Shown one piece after another: positions 34,343 to 38,209 of a DNA stretch of 38,209 nt. Origin of the DNA: a virus (Duplodnaviria > Caudoviricetes); IMG/VR virus record IMGVR_UViG_3300020043_002680, positions 1 through 38,209 of that record, one strand, 5' to 3'. A program made the position numbers and the translations under genes. Every line of letters begins with the position of its first letter. Position 1 is the stretch's first letter. Below the pieces are notes generated by a model, which saw only the letters and a list, made by a program, of their open reading frames with translations, was not told where the DNA came from and did no database searches.

Positions 34343-35437
34343 TTAGATTGCGGATGCTTGAGCTTCGATCCATTTGGCAAAGCCTTCGATTTTGGCCGTG
34401 ATTTCAGCCATGACAGCCTTGCCTTCGGATGTCGAAGCCTCTGGCGCTTTGAGTGCTCGCACGGTCGCGGCAAAGGCGAGCGCCTTTTGTTTATCGGGAG
34501 CGCGAGCGGCTTTCTTTGCCGCGTCGGCAGCTGCTTTTTGTTTTGATGCTTCATACGCTTGCCGTTCAGCCTCCAGCTTTGCAGCTTTATCTGCCTCAGC
34601 CTTGATACGGGCGATTTCCTTCTCAGCGGCTTCACGCTCGGCTTTGGCTTTGGCTTCGATTTCCTCGCGTTCAGCGCGGGCCTTAGCCTCAATGGCCTCG
34701 CGTTCCTTCCGATTATTTTCTGCGATCCTGCGAACTTCAGCTTGTGCGGCTTCACGCTCGGCTCTGGCTGCAATCTCAGCGGCCTCGCGTTCAGCCTTCA
34801 GCTTTTCATTCTCGGCGCGGATGCGGGCACGTTCAGCAGCCTCAGCCGCTTCACGTTTAGCGCGTTCCTCGGCTTCGATGCGCTCGCGCTCGATGCGTTC
34901 CGCTTCGGCTTTGCGTGCGGATTCAATCTTTGCGGCGCAGAGGATTTTAGCGTCCTCAAAGTAACTTCTCCATTGCTCCGGCGTCATATCGGCCAACTGA
35001 GGGACGACGGAACCGGTATCAAGGTATGGCGCGATGGCTTCGGCTCGCTCATTGCCAATGCGGAGACGTTCAGCAGCGGCGAGACGCTCGGCATAGTCTT
35101 CCTGTTCTTGAAGGTGCCTTTCTAGCGGCACGATAGCGGCGTCCAAAATGTTGTAAACGCCGTCGATGGCTTTGCCCATACGAAGGGAATCCTCCTTGAG
35201 AGCTTTGCGCGTTTTTTCGGCTGAGACGCGAATGTTTTTCAGTTCAAGCCGGATCGTGCGCGCTAGCTTCATCTCTGCCTTTTGGTCAAAAGACGTGACC
35301 TGAATAGAGAGCGCTTGGTTGCGCCACTTTTCAGCCTGCTCAAAAGCGGATTTAAAACCCGTTTCTATGTTAGAGAGTAGTGATGGCGGCAAAGATTGCG
35401 CGTCAGGAATTGCAAGTGTAATTAAGGGTGTTTTCAT
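34343..35437 (-). CDS. long coiled-coil protein of the recombination module
   Basis: 364 aa; RKALKEDSLRMGKAIDG followed by an E/A/R/K-rich heptad region. Confidence 0.75.
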   Translation of the reverse strand: MKTPLITLAIPDAQSLPPSLLSNIETGFKSAFEQAEKWRNQALSIQVTSFDQKAEMKLARTIRLELKNIRVSAEKTRKALKEDSLRMGKAIDGVYNILDAAIVPLERHLQEQEDYAERLAAAERLRIGNERAEAIAPYLDTGSVVPQLADMTPEQWRSYFEDAKILCAAKIESARKAEAERIERERIEAEERAKREAAEAAERARIRAENEKLKAEREAAEIAARAEREAAQAEVRRIAENNRKEREAIEAKARAEREEIEAKAKAEREAAEKEIARIKAEADKAAKLEAERQAYEASKQKAAADAAKKAARAPDKQKALAFAATVRALKAPEASTSEGKAVMAEITAKIEGFAKWIEAQASAI

Positions 35438-35450
35438 GTGATGATGTGAA

Positions 35451-35681
35451 TTAGATGAATGCAAGGCAGAGGATTATGACAACTAGCAGGATGCCGCCTG
35501 CAATAGCTGAGAATGTTTCGTGGTATCTGGCGAGGAGAAAGCGGCGCTCCGCTTCCAGCCTGCGCTGCCGTGGAGAATTTGCGCGAATATGGTCATCCAT
35601 CTTGAGGTGCCACTGTGCCCGGTTGTCGGTGATGCGGTCGCCCATGCTAGAGCGGAACTGAAATGAGGATAGATTATTCAT
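35451..35681 (-). CDS. hypothetical protein with C-terminal transmembrane segment
   Basis: 76 aa ending AIAGGILLVVIILCLAFI. Confidence 0.6.
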   Translation of the reverse strand: MNNLSSFQFRSSMGDRITDNRAQWHLKMDDHIRANSPRQRRLEAERRFLLARYHETFSAIAGGILLVVIILCLAFI

Positions 35682-36003
35682 TGGCGGTAAGGTATTCGAG
35701 TGCGTCTAAAGCTAGTTGAACTGGAACGCGAGCGCGGAAGGAGGCTTCCCACGCTTCATTCTCGGAGTATAATTGAATGCCGGGATCTTCGCCAGCCACG
35801 GGCCAAGACATGTGACGGTCAGCGATAACCCAGGTAAGATTGTCGTCATTGCGGAATTCCAGGCGATAACCGCCGTCGATGGCGTCAGGATTCTTGAGGA
35901 TGAATCCAAGATCTTCCAGCTTGCGGAAGATCGTAGCAAAGAACGCACGCTTGCGCGGCCCCTCATTGATGGCGTCAAGCCATGGCGTGAGGTCGTGGCT
36001 CAT
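35674..36003 (-). CDS. hypothetical protein
   Basis: 109 aa, ATGA-coupled. Confidence 0.65.
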   Translation of the reverse strand: MSHDLTPWLDAINEGPRKRAFFATIFRKLEDLGFILKNPDAIDGGYRLEFRNDDNLTWVIADRHMSWPVAGEDPGIQLYSENEAWEASFRARVPVQLALDALEYLTANE

Positions 36004-36173
36004 ATTGCTGATCCTTTCCGAAGGCGCAGAGGATTGCCAGTCTTGGCTTGCTTGCGTTTGAGCAGATCGGCGAGGCCTTGATTTACCAGCGCCTTAAGCG
36101 TTGTGCCGTTCTGCGCGGCGTATGTTTTGGCCTGCGTGTGCAAGTCGTCGTCAATTTTTATTTGGGTTGTCAT
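36000..36173 (-). CDS. ribbon-helix-helix regulator
   Basis: MTTQIKIDDDLHTQAKTYAAQNGTTLKALVNQGL is an RHH pattern; first gene of the early operon. Confidence 0.75.
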   Translation of the reverse strand: MTTQIKIDDDLHTQAKTYAAQNGTTLKALVNQGLADLLKRKQAKTGNPLRLRKGSAI

Positions 36174-36200
36174 GATGTGATGATGTCGTGATGACAACGC

Positions 36201-36250
36201 ATCTAATCACACGGCATTTATTCCGTCAAATACAAATGTATTAAAATACA
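36201..36250 (-). promoter_or_regulatory. putative early promoter with operator
   Basis: TTGACG (36229-36224), 17 bp, TTAGAT (weak -10); palindrome AATACA-AA-TGTATT at 36229-36242 and a third half-site at 36245-36250. Confidence 0.45.
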
Positions 36251-36260
36251 GAAAATCTTT

Positions 36261-36464
36261 TTACCCGTGCCGATTCTGCCACCGCGCCAGCGATTCGGAC
36301 AGCGGCTCGTCTCCATGAAAATTCATCACGCAGACACAGTTCTTGTGCTCGCATTGCACAAACGTGCAGCCCGGCTCATGCTCGACTCGTGGCTTGCTAT
36401 CCTTGCGCCTGCGACACTTGGCCGTCTCATTAAAATGATTCGCGATACGTTCCCAGTCCGTCAT
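36261..36464 (-). CDS. small Cys-rich hypothetical protein
   Basis: 67 aa with several cysteines, downstream of the endolysin. Confidence 0.55.
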   Translation of the reverse strand: MTDWERIANHFNETAKCRRRKDSKPRVEHEPGCTFVQCEHKNCVCVMNFHGDEPLSESLARWQNRHG

Positions 36465-36466
36465 GA

Positions 36467-36943
36467 TTAAATCAGTTTATTAACGTCGTAGCCTACTGCT
36501 GGCATTTTGGCGCGCAACTCTGCAAGCGTCTTGCCAAAGGTTATCTGGAAGTGTGGACTTTCTGTGAATGTCTTCCACGTTCCAGCCCACTCTATGCCGT
36601 GCGCTGCCGCCAGCTTGCCAATCTCGGCATAGAGCTTGTCTGCCTCTGCTGGTTTCTTCTCATCGAGGTAAACGCCATTCTTGAACAAGCCAAGGTCAAT
36701 GGCTAGGCCGTAATTGTGCCAGCTTGAACCGGGCCTCGCTTTGGTTACGATCCGCCCCGACTTAGTCCTGCCTTGCGCGTAGAGCGCTGCCTGTGCCGCC
36801 CATGATCGAAGGCCAGAGATGATTTCAACGGTCACGCCTTTCGCGGCCATGGCAGATTCAGCCGCGACAAGGAACGGCTCGAACTTCGCAGCAGCCTTCT
36901 TGTTTAAGCTGCCAAGGTTCTCAATGGTTCTCTTTGTTCTCAT
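36467..36943 (-). CDS. endolysin, M15-family L-Ala-D-Glu peptidase
   Basis: SGLRS...Q..LYAQGRT...SSWHNYGLAID...WAGTW...ESPHFQ. Confidence 0.9.
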   Translation of the reverse strand: MRTKRTIENLGSLNKKAAAKFEPFLVAAESAMAAKGVTVEIISGLRSWAAQAALYAQGRTKSGRIVTKARPGSSWHNYGLAIDLGLFKNGVYLDEKKPAEADKLYAEIGKLAAAHGIEWAGTWKTFTESPHFQITFGKTLAELRAKMPAVGYDVNKLI

Positions 36944-37064
36944 GCTTTCGTTTCCTTTCGTCTGTCGCCGCTAAATCACAACTGATGAAAAGCGCGATTA
37001 TTGAGAGTAATCCAAATGACACCAATGCAAAAATGACGCCGCAAAAAATGCCAATGAAGTCCAT
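36921..37064 (-). CDS. 47-aa single-TM protein, possible holin (not in the ORF track)
   Basis: MDFIGIFCGVIFALVSFGLLSIIALFISCDLAATDERKRKHENKENH; TGATG-coupled and overlaps the endolysin start. Confidence 0.5.
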   Translation of the reverse strand: MDFIGIFCGVIFALVSFGLLSIIALFISCDLAATDERKRKHENKENH

Positions 37065-38047
37065 CAGTAAACCCTCCCATTGATGATCTTGTGGTTAGTC
37101 ACTTCATAGTTTCCATCCGCCTGCGTTTCAACCCAAGCAAAGCCGTGATTCCAACGGTTTACAATGGCGTAGTCCGGCGACAAATCGCACAGACATCCAG
37201 TGCTCCAGCATGACGATAGCTTTTTATCAAGACCTGTGCTTTCTGTGTGTTCACTGGTTCGGTGCCAATGCCCGCAGATCAAAGACTCCTGCACGCGCAT
37301 CCAAATGCCACGCGCAGGGTTTACAGGTGAACTCATGCCCTGTGGCAATTCGTGCCCGTGGTAGATCGGCAAACTGCCTAGCCGGATAAGCGTCAGTGAT
37401 GGGACAAGTTCAATATTGAGTTCCTCGAACTTCAAAAGCACTGGAAGCTCAAAGTCTGACACGCCAAGAAGAACTGGCGCATTTTTGACCAGAAACATTT
37501 CCATGCGTGCCTCATGGTTCCCAATTTTGTAAAGGATACGGGCAGTTGGGAACTGCTTGCGAAGGTAGAATAGAAACTGGCGGAGGGCATCAAGTTCATC
37601 CGCAAGCGAGCGGCGCGGATCTTTGTCGTGACGGGACACGCCATAGAAGTCACCGATGTCACCGTTGAGGATGATTACATCAGGCTTCTTTTTCTTACCG
37701 TGCGCGATGGCGGCAGCGACTGCCGTCTCGTCGTGGTAGGGGATGTGGATGTCCGACAAGATCAACACCTTCAAGGCCCCTGATAAAACAATCGGCTTGC
37801 GACTCCTAGAAAGAGTCTTCGGCATGACGTTTTGTTGCCAGCCAATTGGCTTAAACATGGACTTATCGGCGATGCTTTGCTTGCTTTCTTTGCCCTTCGC
37901 GCCTCTCACATGCCTAATCATTTGACGGGCATTTTCTAGGCTCGTGAACACTTTAGGTCTTTCCTTGTGCATAACCCTTGCAAGCGTGCGATTTTCCAAA
38001 TCTGGAAACCGTGTGATGAATTCTCTGGCGATTTCCGTTTTGGTCAT
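37064..38047 (-). CDS. calcineurin-like metallophosphoesterase with basic N-terminal domain
   Basis: SDIH, GDIGD, GNHE, HGH, GHWH motifs. Confidence 0.88.
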   Translation of the reverse strand: MTKTEIAREFITRFPDLENRTLARVMHKERPKVFTSLENARQMIRHVRGAKGKESKQSIADKSMFKPIGWQQNVMPKTLSRSRKPIVLSGALKVLILSDIHIPYHDETAVAAAIAHGKKKKPDVIILNGDIGDFYGVSRHDKDPRRSLADELDALRQFLFYLRKQFPTARILYKIGNHEARMEMFLVKNAPVLLGVSDFELPVLLKFEELNIELVPSLTLIRLGSLPIYHGHELPQGMSSPVNPARGIWMRVQESLICGHWHRTSEHTESTGLDKKLSSCWSTGCLCDLSPDYAIVNRWNHGFAWVETQADGNYEVTNHKIINGRVY

Positions 38048-38051
38048 AGCG

Positions 38052-38209
38052 TTACTTGCCTCTTCCTATGGTTAAAGCTCGGGTGAATGCGGCCTGTGAA
38101 TAGAGATGCTCGCCAGTGCCTCTCCAGCGTCCTTCAGCAAATTGATATTCGACGCCCTCAAGACTTGTTACTGAGGTCGGTGTGTAGAGTGCCGACGAGT
38201 TTAGCAAGG
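38052..38209 (-). CDS. partial hypothetical protein (3' end)
   Basis: Frame open from the window edge (LLNSSALY...TIGRGK) to TAA, 4 bp before the next ATG. Confidence 0.5.
   Translation of the reverse strand, partial: LLNSSALYTPTSVTSLEGVEYQFAEGRWRGTGEHLYSQAAFTRALTIGRGK

Noticed and set aside
34321-34773. 151-aa N-terminal extension of RecT in the ORF track
   Set aside because: It overlaps the coiled-coil gene in another frame; the ATG at 34320 follows the CATCATCAC motif
36203-36214. 12-bp inverted match to the capsid leader (18105-18116)
   Set aside because: A single 12-mer match is expected by chance in 38 kb

Overview
The window is most of a tailed dsDNA phage or prophage genome with a podovirus-like (T7/BPP-1-style) virion module. 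The minus strand, read right to left, carries: a metallophosphoesterase, a possible holin and an M15 endolysin; an RHH regulator; early recombination genes (coiled-coil protein, RecT-like annealase, DUF2800-like PD-(D/E)xK nuclease); a DNA methyltransferase, SNF2-like helicase and RusA; an array of small accessory genes; an SSB-like protein, replication initiator and DnaB; TerS and TerL; portal, scaffold, major capsid and decoration proteins; tail tube A and B; a GNAT-like protein; and three internal virion proteins, the last a 2370-aa polyvalent protein with an ADP-ribosyltransferase-like insert. The left 3.2 kb is a plus-strand operon. The main unexplained structure is that this left small-gene array (850-3165, +) and the array at 26820-29335 (-) are inverted paralogues. 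They share 33-112 bp near-identical DNA blocks that alternate with unrelated variable segments, with gene insertions and a chimeric gene, which suggests a recombination-based cassette-shuffling system. Other signals are a CATCATCAC motif abutting many start codons, a TCTCA-N4-TGAGA palindrome near putative promoters, a structured leader upstream of the replication gene, and phased iterons. No integrase, tail fibre, tRNA, CRISPR array or reverse transcriptase was seen. All family calls come from motif recognition by eye, not database searches.
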